64,000 nt of DNA from Alphaproteobacteria bacterium (GCA_965262615.1 OZ253545.1:416001-480000), one strand, 5' to 3'. Counted from the first letter of the stretch, positions 22,842 through 33,172 are shown. Notes: generated from the sequence alone by a model not told the origin. Translations and numbers: made by a program.

Positions 22842-23595
22842 GATGAATGAGAAGAGGGTCGGTCATGGCGCATTGCTTGAATGCCTCCATGCGCCAATGA
22901 CAGGAATCACATCGGCAACAGGGCGCGCCATCGGCAGCAGGATGATAGCAGCTGGAGGTCATGGCATAGTTCAATCCCAGTGAGAGTCCCGCTCGGATAA
23001 TATCGGCTTTGGTCATGTTGAGCAGAGGCGTGACGATGTCAATGGGCGGTGGTTGATTGTTTTCTTGAGCTTGCACACCTTTTTTTGTGGCGAGAGAAAT
23101 CAATTGCTTCCATGCGGCAAAATAGGCAGGACGGCAATCGGGATAGCCACTGTAGTCAATGTGATTAGCCCCCATCACAATGGCATCGGCATCATGACGC
23201 TCCGCCAATGCCAGTGCCACGGCGATAAAAATCGTGTTGCGCGCAGGAACATAAGTGGAAGGGGTGGAAGGGGTGGAAGGAATGTCATCATGCGGCTGAG
23301 CTGGTGGCACGGCAAGAGCCTCATCAGTAAGAGCCGAGCCGCCAATGTCTGCAAGGGGCAGAGGCAACACATGATGCGGCACTTTATAATGCTGTGCCAA
23401 CTGGCGCGCACAGGTGAGTTCATGGTGATGTTTTTGTCCATAGTGAAAGGAAAGGGCAATGATGTCGGCGTTGGCATGGTGCATCATGGCGAGGGTGGTG
23501 GCGGAATCCAGCCCCCCCGACAGCAACACAATTGCCTTTTTTGGTGCCTTTTTGGGGGGCTTGATTTTTTCATTTGCTGTGACGGCAGGCTTCAT
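22825..23595 (-). CDS. queC: 7-cyano-7-deazaguanine synthase
   Basis: LSGGLDS, YGQKH, TYVPARN, GYPDCR, SCY...CCRCDSC. Confidence 0.95.
   Translation of the reverse strand: MKPAVTANEKIKPPKKAPKKAIVLLSGGLDSATTLAMMHHANADIIALSFHYGQKHHHELTCARQLAQHYKVPHHVLPLPLADIGGSALTDEALAVPPAQPHDDIPSTPSTPSTYVPARNTIFIAVALALAERHDADAIVMGANHIDYSGYPDCRPAYFAAWKQLISLATKKGVQAQENNQPPPIDIVTPLLNMTKADIIRAGLSLGLNYAMTSSCYHPAADGAPCCRCDSCHWRMEAFKQCAMTDPLLIHHDAPL
23255..23280. repeat. In-frame 9-bp tandem repeat (GTGGAAGGG, about 3 copies) in queC
   Basis: gtggaagggg tggaaggggt ggaagg encodes PST-PST-PST on the minus strand. Confidence 0.85.
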
Positions 23596-23614
23596 GGCAT
23601 GATGACGGATGGGG

Positions 23615-24769
23615 ATGGAATCGCAATTCATCAAAGATGCTATTATTCGTCAAGCGATGGCGCAAGGGCTTGATGCCATTGGCTTTTGTGAGCCGCATAT
23701 TCGCAGACAGGCGCGCCAGCGATTTATTGAGCTGTTGCGTCAGGGGTATCACGGCGACATGGGATGGCTCAAGGCGCGCTTGCGCAAAAGATTGAACCCC
23801 TGCCAATTGTGGAGCAAGGCGCGCAGTGTCATTGTGGTGGGAATTTCCTATCGTCCGCAGCATGACCCTTTGGAGATTATCAAGCACAAACACAAAGGTG
23901 CGGTGAGCGTCTATGCCCGTATGGATGACTATCATCACATGTGCAAGCAGGTGTTGTTGCCATTGACGGCGTGGATGGAACGGCGGTTTTCGTGTCACGC
24001 TAAAATTTGTGTGGATAGTGCGGCGGTGATGGAGAAGCCTTTGGCACAGCAGGCTGGATTGGGATGGCAGGGCAAGCACAGCAATCTGGTGTCGCGCGAC
24101 TATGGCTCTTGGTTGTTTTTGGCTGAAATTCTGACCGATTTGCATTTGCCTCACGATGTTATGGGACATGATCACTGTGGTTCGTGTCGCGCCTGTTTGG
24201 ATATTTGTCCCACGCGCGCCTTTCCCGCGCCCTATCGGCTGGATGCTCGCCGCTGCATATCCTATTTGACCATTGAACATAAGGGCGTGATTGATCGCGC
24301 GCTGCGTCCCCTGATGGGCAATCGCATTTTTGGCTGTGATGATTGTCTGGCGGTGTGTCCTTGGAACAAGTTTGCTCGTGCGCCTTCATCACAGCAGTGG
24401 TTGCCTTATGGCGATGAGCAATTGCCCCGACTGCGTGACTATGTGTCTTTAGACGAGGAAGGCTTTCGGCGGATGTTTGCAGGCACGGCGGTGCGGCGCA
24501 TTGGACGCAATCGCTTTGTGCGTAATGTGCTCATTGCTCTGGGCAACAGCGGAGCGAGCCGTGATGGTGTTGTGATTGTTCCTTTGCTGCATGATTCATC
24601 CCCTTTGGTGCGCGGCATGGCGGTGTGGGCATTGGCACAATTGATGCCGCAAGAGTGGATGGCAGAGCAGGCGGCACAGCATCTGCCGCAAGAGACCGAT
24701 GCTCATGTGCGCGAGGAATGGCAGGTCGTGTTAGATTCAGCGTTAAATCCATCGCCCCGCGGTGTCTAA
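23615..24769 (+). CDS. queG: Epoxyqueuosine reductase
   Basis: DYH, VDSAAVMEK, AGLGWQGK, CGSCRACLDICPT, RCISYLTIE, GCDDCLAVCPWN, C-terminal HEAT repeat. Confidence 0.95.
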   Translation: MESQFIKDAIIRQAMAQGLDAIGFCEPHIRRQARQRFIELLRQGYHGDMGWLKARLRKRLNPCQLWSKARSVIVVGISYRPQHDPLEIIKHKHKGAVSVYARMDDYHHMCKQVLLPLTAWMERRFSCHAKICVDSAAVMEKPLAQQAGLGWQGKHSNLVSRDYGSWLFLAEILTDLHLPHDVMGHDHCGSCRACLDICPTRAFPAPYRLDARRCISYLTIEHKGVIDRALRPLMGNRIFGCDDCLAVCPWNKFARAPSSQQWLPYGDEQLPRLRDYVSLDEEGFRRMFAGTAVRRIGRNRFVRNVLIALGNSGASRDGVVIVPLLHDSSPLVRGMAVWALAQLMPQEWMAEQAAQHLPQETDAHVREEWQVVLDSALNPSPRGV

Positions 24770-25690
24770 AATTGTGGCAAGGGCGCGCTGCACATTTTTA
24801 TGTCCGCTATGATGCCCGGACTCTTCGGCAAAAGTGAGCTGTGCCTTGTCACCCCATGTTTGCACAAGACGATGGGCTGTGGCAGGGGGGCAGAGCAAAT
24901 CGTAGCGCGCCGCCACCACCCGCAGAGGAATATGGGAGGGCACATCTTTTTGCCACCACGATGAGGGGAGGAAAAAATCATGACGCATGTAGTGCCATTC
25001 CAAAAAGGGCGAGCGGGGAAAATCTTGGCGGTCGGCGGCTTCTTGCCATGAGGGAAGGGATTGCTCGGAATTCAAATCGGAGAGAATGCGCTCATAATCG
25101 TGCCAAATCCAAGCGGCGGCGCGATCATCGGCTTGATGAGGATCGCGAATGAAGTCGCCCCACTGCGCCAGCAGCTGGTCATCGCTGAACGATTTTTGAC
25201 ATCGCTGCTCAGCGCGCTCTTTCAATTGATGCCACAGTTCAGGGCGAAACCGCATAGCATGGGTGGCAAACGCATGACGCACTTCGTCACGAGAGCCAAG
25301 AAAGACACTGCGTAACACCAGTCCCAACACCCGCTGCGGATAGTGCTGGGCATAGGCAAGGGCTAAGGTAGAGCCCCATGAGCCTCCCACCACCAGCCAT
25401 CGGTCAATGGCGGCAGTGGTTCGCAATTGTTCCATGTCGCGCATGAGGTGTTGGGTGCTGTTGTGTGTCATGTCGCAGTGAGGTGTGCTCATGCCGCAGC
25501 CTCGTTGGTCAAAAAACAATGCGTAAAATTTCGTGCGCCGCCGCGCAATGAACCGAATCTGCTGGTTGGTGATGCGTCCGCCAGGACCACCGTGCAAAAA
25601 AATCAGAGGCAAAGCTTTGGGATTGCCGATGCACTGATAGGCAACTCGGTGATGGTCGGGGGTGATGAGGGTGTCAGGGGAGCGATTCAC
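24743..25690 (-). CDS. pip: Prolyl aminopeptidase (alpha/beta hydrolase)
   Basis: LHGGPG, DQRGCG.STP, GGSWGSTL, RYDLLCP, SGH. Confidence 0.85.
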   Translation of the reverse strand: MNRSPDTLITPDHHRVAYQCIGNPKALPLIFLHGGPGGRITNQQIRFIARRRTKFYALFFDQRGCGMSTPHCDMTHNSTQHLMRDMEQLRTTAAIDRWLVVGGSWGSTLALAYAQHYPQRVLGLVLRSVFLGSRDEVRHAFATHAMRFRPELWHQLKERAEQRCQKSFSDDQLLAQWGDFIRDPHQADDRAAAWIWHDYERILSDLNSEQSLPSWQEAADRQDFPRSPFLEWHYMRHDFFLPSSWWQKDVPSHIPLRVVAARYDLLCPPATAHRLVQTWGDKAQLTFAEESGHHSGHKNVQRALATILDTAGRWI

Positions 25691-27147
25691 TGAACGGCGT
25701 GTTCCAATTGATAGGCGACATGAAACAAAGTGTCTTCACGCAAGGCTTGGGTGATGATTTGCATGCCGATGGGCAGACCGTCATCGCCATGCCCGACAGG
25801 AACGGAGATGGCGGGCAATCCCGCCAGAGAGGCAGGAACGGTGAGAATATCATTGGCATACATGGCGAGGGCATCTTGCGTCTTTTCTCCTTGAGCAAAG
25901 GCGGTGGTGGGGGTGGTGGGCGTGAGCAGAGCGTCCACATCGGAGAATACCTGATCAAAGTCTTTGCGAATCAGTGAACGCACTCGTCCCGCTTTGAGAT
26001 AATAGGCATCATAATAGCCGGCAGACAGAACATACGCGCCAATCAAAATGCGTCTTTTGACTTCACCGCCGAAAAATTGCGAGCGTGTCATTTCGTAAAG
26101 GGCATCAAGGGATGGTGCGTCATCAGGGGTGCGCGCGCCATAGCGTACGCCGTCATAGCGGGCAAGGTTGGAGGAGGCTTCGGCGGGGGCAAGGATATAA
26201 TAGGTGGGCAAGGCATAACGGGTATGAGGAAGACTCACCTCGCGCACCGTTGCTCCTTTGTCTTGCAGCCATTGGGCTGCGTCTCGCCACCGCTCGCGAA
26301 TGTCATTTTGAATGCCTCCGATGTCGTATTCTTTGGGGATGCCGATGGTCATGCCTTTGAGGTCATCGTGTTTTTTGTGATGAATGGGTGGTGGCGGCTC
26401 AGGAATGGAGGTGGCATCTTTGGCATCGTGTCCCGCCATGACGGCATAGAGCAAGGCGGCATCTTCCACCGTGAGGGTGAGGCTTCCTGCTTGGTCAAGA
26501 GACGAGGCAAAGGCGATCATGCCGTAGCGGGAGCATCGTCCGTAGCTGGGTTTGAATCCCACCAGTCCGCAGAATGCGGCGGGCTGTCGAATGGAGCCGC
26601 CCGTGTCGCTGCCTGTGGCAGCCAGTGCCAGTCCGCCCGCCACCGCCGCCGCCGACCCACCCGATGACCCCCCTGGAACAAGTGCCACACGGGGCGCGTC
26701 TTTTTTGCGATGAGGATTGCGCACCGAGCCAAACGCACTGGTCATGTTTGCCGACCCCATGGCAAATTCGTCCATGTTGCTTTTGCCCAACAACACGCTG
26801 CCCGCTTCTTTGATATGGCGAGAGACGGTGGATTCATAGGGGGGAATAAATTGCTCCAACATGCGAGAGCCCGCCGTGGAGACAACGCTTTCCGTGCAAA
26901 AAACATCTTTCATGGCGATGGGAAGACCCTCCAGTGCCCGAGCCGTTTTCGCCTTGAGATGTTTGTCTGATGCAGCGGCATCTGCCAGCGCGCGCTCGGA
27001 TGTCACCGTGATGAAAGCGTTGATGTCGGCATTGTCCCTGTCAATCTTTTGCAAAAAATGACGGGTCAATTCAGTGGCGGACACATCTCCAGCCAACAGT
27101 GCGGCGCGTGCCTGACTCAAGGACTGACTCAAAGAAGAAAATTCCAT
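25687..27147 (-). CDS. gatA: Asp/Glu-tRNA amidotransferase subunit A
   Basis: NMDEFAMGS, PGGSSGGSAAAV, SDTGGSIRQPA, SSNLARYDG. Confidence 0.97.
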   Translation of the reverse strand: MEFSSLSQSLSQARAALLAGDVSATELTRHFLQKIDRDNADINAFITVTSERALADAAASDKHLKAKTARALEGLPIAMKDVFCTESVVSTAGSRMLEQFIPPYESTVSRHIKEAGSVLLGKSNMDEFAMGSANMTSAFGSVRNPHRKKDAPRVALVPGGSSGGSAAAVAGGLALAATGSDTGGSIRQPAAFCGLVGFKPSYGRCSRYGMIAFASSLDQAGSLTLTVEDAALLYAVMAGHDAKDATSIPEPPPPIHHKKHDDLKGMTIGIPKEYDIGGIQNDIRERWRDAAQWLQDKGATVREVSLPHTRYALPTYYILAPAEASSNLARYDGVRYGARTPDDAPSLDALYEMTRSQFFGGEVKRRILIGAYVLSAGYYDAYYLKAGRVRSLIRKDFDQVFSDVDALLTPTTPTTAFAQGEKTQDALAMYANDILTVPASLAGLPAISVPVGHGDDGLPIGMQIITQALREDTLFHVAYQLEHAVQ

Positions 27148-27148
27148 G

Positions 27149-27448
27149 CTAGTCTGTATCAATCACTTTGGGAACAGCGAAAAAATCTTGCAGTGGCATT
27201 GGCGCATTGGCGAGCAATGCCGCGCGGCGGTCGCTGTCATCATGGGTGGCATCGTCTCGCTGAGGCATGGTCACATTGCTAATATTAAGCAGGGGGTCTT
27301 CGTTGTCGGTATTGACTTCATTGAGCTGGTCAATCCACGCAAAAATGGCATCCAATTCATTGGCGTAGCGCGTGGCATCTTCATCACTGAAGGTGAGACG
27401 CGCTAAGCTCGCCACTTCATGCACTTTATTTTTGTCAAAATGAGCCAT
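27149..27448 (-). CDS. gatC: Asp/Glu-tRNA amidotransferase subunit C
   Basis: VASLARL, LANAP...FFAVPKVI; upstream of gatA. Confidence 0.93.
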   Translation of the reverse strand: MAHFDKNKVHEVASLARLTFSDEDATRYANELDAIFAWIDQLNEVNTDNEDPLLNISNVTMPQRDDATHDDSDRRAALLANAPMPLQDFFAVPKVIDTD

Positions 27449-27483
27449 TCTGTTCCCTTGCCGATGGTGCTACTGTAAAGGCG

Positions 27484-27957
27484 ATGGATTCAATCCGCAA
27501 GTTTTATCATGGCATGCAGCGGGCAGGGCGAGGCACGATTCTTGCCCTTGATTCGGGTGCGCGCTGGATTGGTGTCGCCGTCTCTGATGACCATCACCGT
27601 TTGGCTCTGCCGCAAAATGCCTTTAGACGCGATCAAATTCCGTCTTTTGTGACCCATATCGCTCAATTGATGACTACGCATGGTTGCACGGGTGTGGTGA
27701 TGGGTTTGCCACTGCGTCTTGATGGCGGCATGGCGCGCGAAACGCAAAGAGCAAAAGATTTGGCACAGTCATTGCATCAAGAATTGAAAGTTCCCATTTT
27801 ATTATGGGATGAGAGATTTTCCAGTGAGGGCGCGACGCGCCTCATGAGCCACTCGCCCACTCGCAGAAAAAATGGTACAATGCGCCACAGCATCGCCGCC
27901 GCTTGGATTTTAGATGCCGTGTTGCAAAGATTACGCACAATGGAGCACACCTCATGA
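27484..27957 (+). CDS. ruvX: YqgF/RuvX family pre-16S rRNA nuclease
   Basis: LALDSG..WIGVAVSD, GLPL, WDERFSS; divergent from gatC. Confidence 0.88.
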   Translation: MDSIRKFYHGMQRAGRGTILALDSGARWIGVAVSDDHHRLALPQNAFRRDQIPSFVTHIAQLMTTHGCTGVVMGLPLRLDGGMARETQRAKDLAQSLHQELKVPILLWDERFSSEGATRLMSHSPTRRKNGTMRHSIAAAWILDAVLQRLRTMEHTS

Positions 27958-28715
27958 AACTCGCCGCATTATTGTTGGAATTGGAAGGATGCGTGGTGGA
28001 GACCGAAGACATCCATCGGCGTGCCTTCAATGTTGCCTTTCGTGAATTTGGGCAAACATGGCTATGGGATGAGGCACTCTATGGTGAGCTGTTAACCATT
28101 GAGGGCGGCAAGGAGCGTCTTAAACGCTATATTGAGCGCACCGCTCCCAGCATCAAGGAGCGCAGTGACTACAGCAATTTTGTTGATGCCATGCATAAGG
28201 CGAAAAATTTTGCTTTTCGGGAACTGGTGCGCTCGGAAGGCATTGCCTTGCGGCGCGGGGTGTTGCCATTTTTGCAGCAGGCACAAGCGGAGGATATTCG
28301 TCTTGCCATCACCACCTCTATGACGCAAGAAAATGTGACAGTGGTGTTGCAGCATGGATTGCAACCGCATTGTTCCTTTGATGTCATCGGCTGGGGCGAG
28401 CGGGTGGCGGCGAAAAAGCCCGCCACAGATATTTATGTCTGGACACTGGGGGAACTGGCTCTGCCGTCTGCCGCTTGTTTTGCCATGGAAAGCACTCCCC
28501 ATGGTGTCAAGGGATGCCTCAGTGCTGGCATTGGCGTGGCGGTGACCGTCACGCGCTATAGCCGTCAGGAAAACTTTGACGGCGCACAGGCGGTGCTGGA
28601 TGGATGGGGAGATGACAAAAACCCCATTGAGGTGATTGACGGCAATGCTCACGGACATCCCCATGTGACCCTCAATTTGATTCGGCAGTGGCATGAACAG
28701 GCATCTTCTGTGTAG
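27954..28715 (+). CDS. CbbY-like HAD-superfamily protein with degenerate catalytic motifs
   Basis: ETEDIHRRAFN.AF, W.WD..LYG.LL...GGKER, KKPATDIY; motif I reads LELEG instead of FDxDG. Confidence 0.8.
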   Translation: MKLAALLLELEGCVVETEDIHRRAFNVAFREFGQTWLWDEALYGELLTIEGGKERLKRYIERTAPSIKERSDYSNFVDAMHKAKNFAFRELVRSEGIALRRGVLPFLQQAQAEDIRLAITTSMTQENVTVVLQHGLQPHCSFDVIGWGERVAAKKPATDIYVWTLGELALPSAACFAMESTPHGVKGCLSAGIGVAVTVTRYSRQENFDGAQAVLDGWGDDKNPIEVIDGNAHGHPHVTLNLIRQWHEQASSV

Positions 28716-30591
28716 TTGTGTGGGGCTCATCATGGCGATGGGTGCACAGGCACAAGGGCAGCCGTCAAGGGTTGCTCTGATTATGGACGACCAGCAGACG
28801 GTAACAGACACCATCACGCTTGGTATTCGTCTCCACATGGATGACGGATGGAAAACCTACTGGCGACACGGCGGTGATGCCGGACTGCCGCCTCATTTGG
28901 AATGGCACAAAACCGATGGTGTCCAAAACATTGCCTTGCAGTATCCCGCGCCACAAAAGTATCTCGATCACGGGCTGGAGACCATCGGTTATGCAAAAGA
29001 GGTGGTCTATCCCCTTGTCATTGAGACCAATGCTGATGCCGTCACCCTTGAGGGAACACTGGAATATGTGGTGTGTCGCGAGATTTGTCTGCCACTGACA
29101 CATCAATTGGATGCTCAGCTTGTGAATGGCAAGCCAGTCAAGGGAATTGAGGTGGATGGGATATCTTTGCAAAATGCTATGCGGCGTTTGCCCATCACGC
29201 ACAAACCCTATCCTTTTGAGGTGCGTGAGGCACAATGGGCGCGCCAGCATGATGGAAATCATGAGTGGCGCATCATGGCGACAAGACAAACGCCTTTTCA
29301 AAATCCCACCGTTTTTATTGAGACACTGCAATCTGGGCAAGATCAAGAGGGCAGCTTGTGGATTGGTGATGCCACGGTGCGCTTGTCTCAAGATGGCTCA
29401 CGGGCGTGGTTTCTCATGGCATCTGATGGCGAGCAAGACGCACCGCCTCAGCTGGCGCGTCTGACGGTGGTGGATGGCGATATGGCTGTGGAACAGACAA
29501 TGCCCGTCACATTCATTGTGCCGCAAAAAGAGACATCATCGTATTTTTTGTTGCTGCTCTTTGCTTTTGCGGGCGGGTTGATTTTGAATGTGATGCCGTG
29601 TGTGTTGCCGGTGCTGTCACTGAAGCTGCATGCCCTGCTGCGGCAAAATCATGATGCAACAACACCCCCGCGCCAATCCATGCTGTATCATGCGGTGGGC
29701 ATTTATGGGGCGTTTGGTTTGTTGGCATTGATGGTGTGGAGTCTGCAATCTGTGGGCGTGGCGGTGGGATGGGGTTTTCAGTTTCAAGAGCCAGTGTTCA
29801 TTGTGACCATGATGGTCATCATGCTGATTTTTGCCGCCCACTTGATGGGATGGATTCATGTGCGCGTTCCATCTCAATTGATGACCATGATGCCACGCGC
29901 CAGTGGTGACATTGCCAATGGAGCGTTTGCCACCCTGCTCGCGACTCCGTGTTCTGCGCCTTTTTTGGGGGTGGCGGTGGGATTTGCTCTGGTGGGAAGT
30001 GCCATGGACATGGCTTTGATTTTTGCCTTTGTTGCCACAGGATTTGCCGCGCCGTGGCTTGTGGTGGCGATGATGCCGCGCCTTTTATCGTATCTGCCGC
30101 GCCCTGGACAATGGATGGTGACCCTTGAGAGATTTTTCGCCGGGTTGTTGTTGCTCACGGCACTGTGGCTTGCCTCCATTGCCGCCACACAGTGGCAGCA
30201 GCGAGATGGTGAGACACGCGACTCTTTCTGGCACGATTTTACGCCAGAGAGCATTCATAATCATGTGGAGCAAGGACGGGTGGTCTTTGTGGATGTGACG
30301 GCTGATTGGTGTCTCACCTGTCGCGTCAATGAGGCGCGTGTGCTGAACACCGATGAGACGCGTGCATTGTTGTCCGAGCCGTCCGTGATTGCCATGCGCG
30401 CCGATTGGACACAGCGGGATGAATTCATCGGCACATGGCTGCAGTCTTTTGGTCGGTCGGCTTTGCCGTTTTATGTTGTGTTTGGAGAGGCTGCCCCTCG
30501 GGGAATTGTCTTGCCGGAATGGCTCACTCATGATACGGTGCACCGTGCTTTGATGAATGCCACAAACACACAAAAAGGGAGAGACTCATGA
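28693..30591 (+). CDS. DsbD/ScsB-type thiol:disulfide interchange protein
   Basis: Signal peptide, GWKTYW, VCREICLP, TM domain with MPCVLP and ATPCSAP, thioredoxin WCLTC. Confidence 0.9.
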   Translation: MNRHLLCSCVGLIMAMGAQAQGQPSRVALIMDDQQTVTDTITLGIRLHMDDGWKTYWRHGGDAGLPPHLEWHKTDGVQNIALQYPAPQKYLDHGLETIGYAKEVVYPLVIETNADAVTLEGTLEYVVCREICLPLTHQLDAQLVNGKPVKGIEVDGISLQNAMRRLPITHKPYPFEVREAQWARQHDGNHEWRIMATRQTPFQNPTVFIETLQSGQDQEGSLWIGDATVRLSQDGSRAWFLMASDGEQDAPPQLARLTVVDGDMAVEQTMPVTFIVPQKETSSYFLLLLFAFAGGLILNVMPCVLPVLSLKLHALLRQNHDATTPPRQSMLYHAVGIYGAFGLLALMVWSLQSVGVAVGWGFQFQEPVFIVTMMVIMLIFAAHLMGWIHVRVPSQLMTMMPRASGDIANGAFATLLATPCSAPFLGVAVGFALVGSAMDMALIFAFVATGFAAPWLVVAMMPRLLSYLPRPGQWMVTLERFFAGLLLLTALWLASIAATQWQQRDGETRDSFWHDFTPESIHNHVEQGRVVFVDVTADWCLTCRVNEARVLNTDETRALLSEPSVIAMRADWTQRDEFIGTWLQSFGRSALPFYVVFGEAAPRGIVLPEWLTHDTVHRALMNATNTQKGRDS

Positions 30592-31073
30592 CACAGAAGA
30601 AACAAGGAGACGCCATTCCCAGCACGGCACTCACCGTGATGGAGGCGGGTGCACCGTCACAATTATCGCTGCATGATGCGTCTCAAGGAAAGACCATTGC
30701 GGTGGTGGTGACACCGGGGGGATTCACGCCCACATGCTCCAATGACCACCTGCCGCCCTACATTGAGAAGGTGGCTCAATTGAACGAAAAGGGCGTTGAC
30801 GCGCTCTATTGTCTGAGCACCAACGATATTTTTGTGCTGACCGCATGGCACAAGCATCTGGGAGCTCCGTCTCAGCTGACGATGGTGAGTGATGGCAATG
30901 GTCACTTCACGAAAGAGATGGGCATGACGCTGGACCTTTCGTCTTTCGGCATGGGAATGCGTTCCAAACGCTATGTGATGGTGGTGCGCGACGGCACGAT
31001 TGAGCATCTTCTTGCCGAAGAAGGGGCGGGGCTTGAGCATGCAACGGCGGAGAAATTACTGGCAAGCCTGTAG
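30588..31073 (+). CDS. Peroxiredoxin (Prx5/redoxin family)
   Basis: [27 protein letters not shown]. Confidence 0.9.
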   Translation: MTQKKQGDAIPSTALTVMEAGAPSQLSLHDASQGKTIAVVVTPGGFTPTCSNDHLPPYIEKVAQLNEKGVDALYCLSTNDIFVLTAWHKHLGAPSQLTMVSDGNGHFTKEMGMTLDLSSFGMGMRSKRYVMVVRDGTIEHLLAEEGAGLEHATAEKLLASL

Positions 31074-31490
31074 CAGGGCGGTGCGCGCGGCTTCATCCAC
31101 CCGCTCATTGCGTTCATTGCCGGCGTGACCTTTCACCCAATGCCAATGGACATCATGCTTTTGGCTGGCGGCGTGCAGTCGTTGCCAGAGGTCTTGATTT
31201 TTCACCTCTTTTTTGTCTTTGGTGCGCCAGTTGTTCGCCATCCATGTGGGCAGCCACTGGGTGATGCCTTTTTGCACATAGCTGCTGTCGGTGTAGAGAT
31301 GCACCTCACAAGAACGGGTCAGCGTCTCCAGTGCCATGATGGCGGCGGTGAGCTCCATGCGATTATTGGTGGTGACAGATTCGTTTCCTGAAATGAGGCG
31401 TTCTTTGTGAGCGGCGGACAACAAAGCCGCCCAGCCGCCGCGCCCCGGATTGCCCGAACACGCCCCATCAGTATGAATCGTCACTTTCAT
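31056..31490 (-). CDS. rnhA: Ribonuclease HI
   Basis: [36 protein letters not shown]. Confidence 0.97.
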   Translation of the reverse strand: MKVTIHTDGACSGNPGRGGWAALLSAAHKERLISGNESVTTNNRMELTAAIMALETLTRSCEVHLYTDSSYVQKGITQWLPTWMANNWRTKDKKEVKNQDLWQRLHAASQKHDVHWHWVKGHAGNERNERVDEAARTALLQACQ

Positions 31491-32440
31491 GATTCGCCCC
31501 AGGCAATGGGATGGCAGGCATGAAAACGCAGGCGGGTGAGATAATCGTGCGGGTCTTTGACTTGATGAAGAGGTGATGCTGAACTCCAATCTTGCAGCCG
31601 CGTCAGCAAAAAACGCAAGGCACTGGCGCGCAAAGATACGGGGAGAAACTCTTTTTCCGACTCTTCAAAGGCGCGCACCGACTGATAGCCAGACCACAAA
31701 GCCTGTCCGCACGCAGCATCATAGCGATGAGACGAGTCAAAACACCACGCATTGACGGCAATGGCAAAGTCATAACACAGGGCATCATGACAGGCGAAAT
31801 AAAAGTCAATCACACCCACCAGCTGGTTGCTTTGAAAGAACACATTGTCGGGAAATAAATCGCCATGAATGATGCCCTTGGGGACATCGTCACGCCAGTG
31901 GGCTTGCAGAAAATTCAATTCCTGCTCAAGCACCAATGACAAGCCTTCTTGCCATTGGTCAATGTTTTGCTGCTCGTGCGTGATGATATCGCGCCATGCA
32001 GGCAGGGATAAATCATTGACACGCTTGGGTGCGGTGAATGACAAACCCGCCAGATGAAAGCGCGCCAGCAGCTGTCCCACATCATGACAGTGACGGGGGG
32101 TGACACAAGTCACACCCGTTCCTTGCAAAAAATTGGTGATGGCACACGGTTTGTCGGCAATGTGATGAAGCGTCCTGCCCTCGCGCGTGGCAATGGCAAT
32201 GGGGCAGGGAATGGATTGGTGATGCAGGTGATTCATCACATCATGAAAAAAAGGCAAATGCTGCAAAGAGGTGCGCCCTTCATAGATGGTCAAAATGTAG
32301 CGAGACTGGTCGGTGATGAGATGATAATTGGTGTTTTCAACACCCTCATGAATGCCCTCAAATGAGACAAGACTGCCGATGTCATAATTCGCCAGTAAGT
32401 GAGTGAGTTCATTTTCAAAAATGGGAGTGTAGATAGCCAT
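31487..32440 (-). CDS. thrB: Homoserine kinase type II
   Basis: [33 protein letters not shown]; thrB-rnhA order. Confidence 0.93.
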   Translation of the reverse strand: MAIYTPIFENELTHLLANYDIGSLVSFEGIHEGVENTNYHLITDQSRYILTIYEGRTSLQHLPFFHDVMNHLHHQSIPCPIAIATREGRTLHHIADKPCAITNFLQGTGVTCVTPRHCHDVGQLLARFHLAGLSFTAPKRVNDLSLPAWRDIITHEQQNIDQWQEGLSLVLEQELNFLQAHWRDDVPKGIIHGDLFPDNVFFQSNQLVGVIDFYFACHDALCYDFAIAVNAWCFDSSHRYDAACGQALWSGYQSVRAFEESEKEFLPVSLRASALRFLLTRLQDWSSASPLHQVKDPHDYLTRLRFHACHPIAWGES

Positions 32441-32443
32441 CAA

Positions 32444-33172
32444 TCACAGAGGCGAGTTATAGTCTTCTAGTTCGCTGGTGAAATAATTCGTGCCGTAGAG
32501 TTCGCTGAAGGTTTTTTCGATGCGGTGCATTTTGACCATGCCCACATTGGGGGCGTACCACTCTTCGCTGGTGACTTCCACCTGCTCGGTTCCACTGCCG
32601 CGCGTGGTGCTAAAAGAAGTCGCGCCTGTGCCGATAATATGCAGACAATTGGAGAATTCTCCTGCCGCCACCCGCACGGTGGCATCACGACTCACCACTC
32701 TATAGTTCAGAGGCACAATGAGCTTGACCGATTCATTAAACAGGGGTTTTTCGCGAATGATAATGTAGGTGGTATCAATGATAGACCATGTGCTGTTTTC
32801 ATCAAGATTGGTCGCCATGACGGTGCGCGCCCCCTCCTCCCACTGCGGCATCCCACTGGGACGCTTCTGCAACGCCACTCTTTGAATGGCGTGATGGTCG
32901 TGACTGTAATAATAGATGAGTCCATTTTCGTGCAAAATGGGGGTGGCATTGAGTGAGTCGCCATTGGGGCGCGTGAGGGTGACCTCATCAAGGCTCATCC
33001 GCACGCTTTTATAGTTCTCGGTGGGGCTATATTGGGGCGCAAAGGTGATGCGATAGTGCCACTCATAGCCGGCGGTGAGGGGGAAATAAGCCGCCTCATG
33101 ACGCACCAACAGCACCACAAGAGGCACTGCCAGCAGCCACAAAAAACGCGCATTATTTTTCAGGAAGGACAT
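32444..33172 (-). CDS. Hypothetical exported/membrane-anchored beta-rich protein (DUF3108-like motifs)
   Basis: N-terminal hydrophobic segment, YFPL..G..W.Y, V.VAAGEF.NCL, EWYAPNVGMVK; start moved to MSFLKNN. Confidence 0.7.
   Translation of the reverse strand: MSFLKNNARFLWLLAVPLVVLLVRHEAAYFPLTAGYEWHYRITFAPQYSPTENYKSVRMSLDEVTLTRPNGDSLNATPILHENGLIYYYSHDHHAIQRVALQKRPSGMPQWEEGARTVMATNLDENSTWSIIDTTYIIIREKPLFNESVKLIVPLNYRVVSRDATVRVAAGEFSNCLHIIGTGATSFSTTRGSGTEQVEVTSEEWYAPNVGMVKMHRIEKTFSELYGTNYFTSELEDYNSPL

Noticed and set aside
21781-24769. queC/E/D cluster as a 7-deazaguanine DNA-modification (dpd) system
   Set aside because: No dpdA/tgt-like gene nearby, and the cluster is paired with queG, which points to ordinary tRNA queuosine synthesis.
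17596-28715. pgk, fba, rpe and cbbY-like gene as evidence of a Calvin cycle
   Set aside because: No RuBisCO or phosphoribulokinase in the window; these genes are general carbon metabolism.
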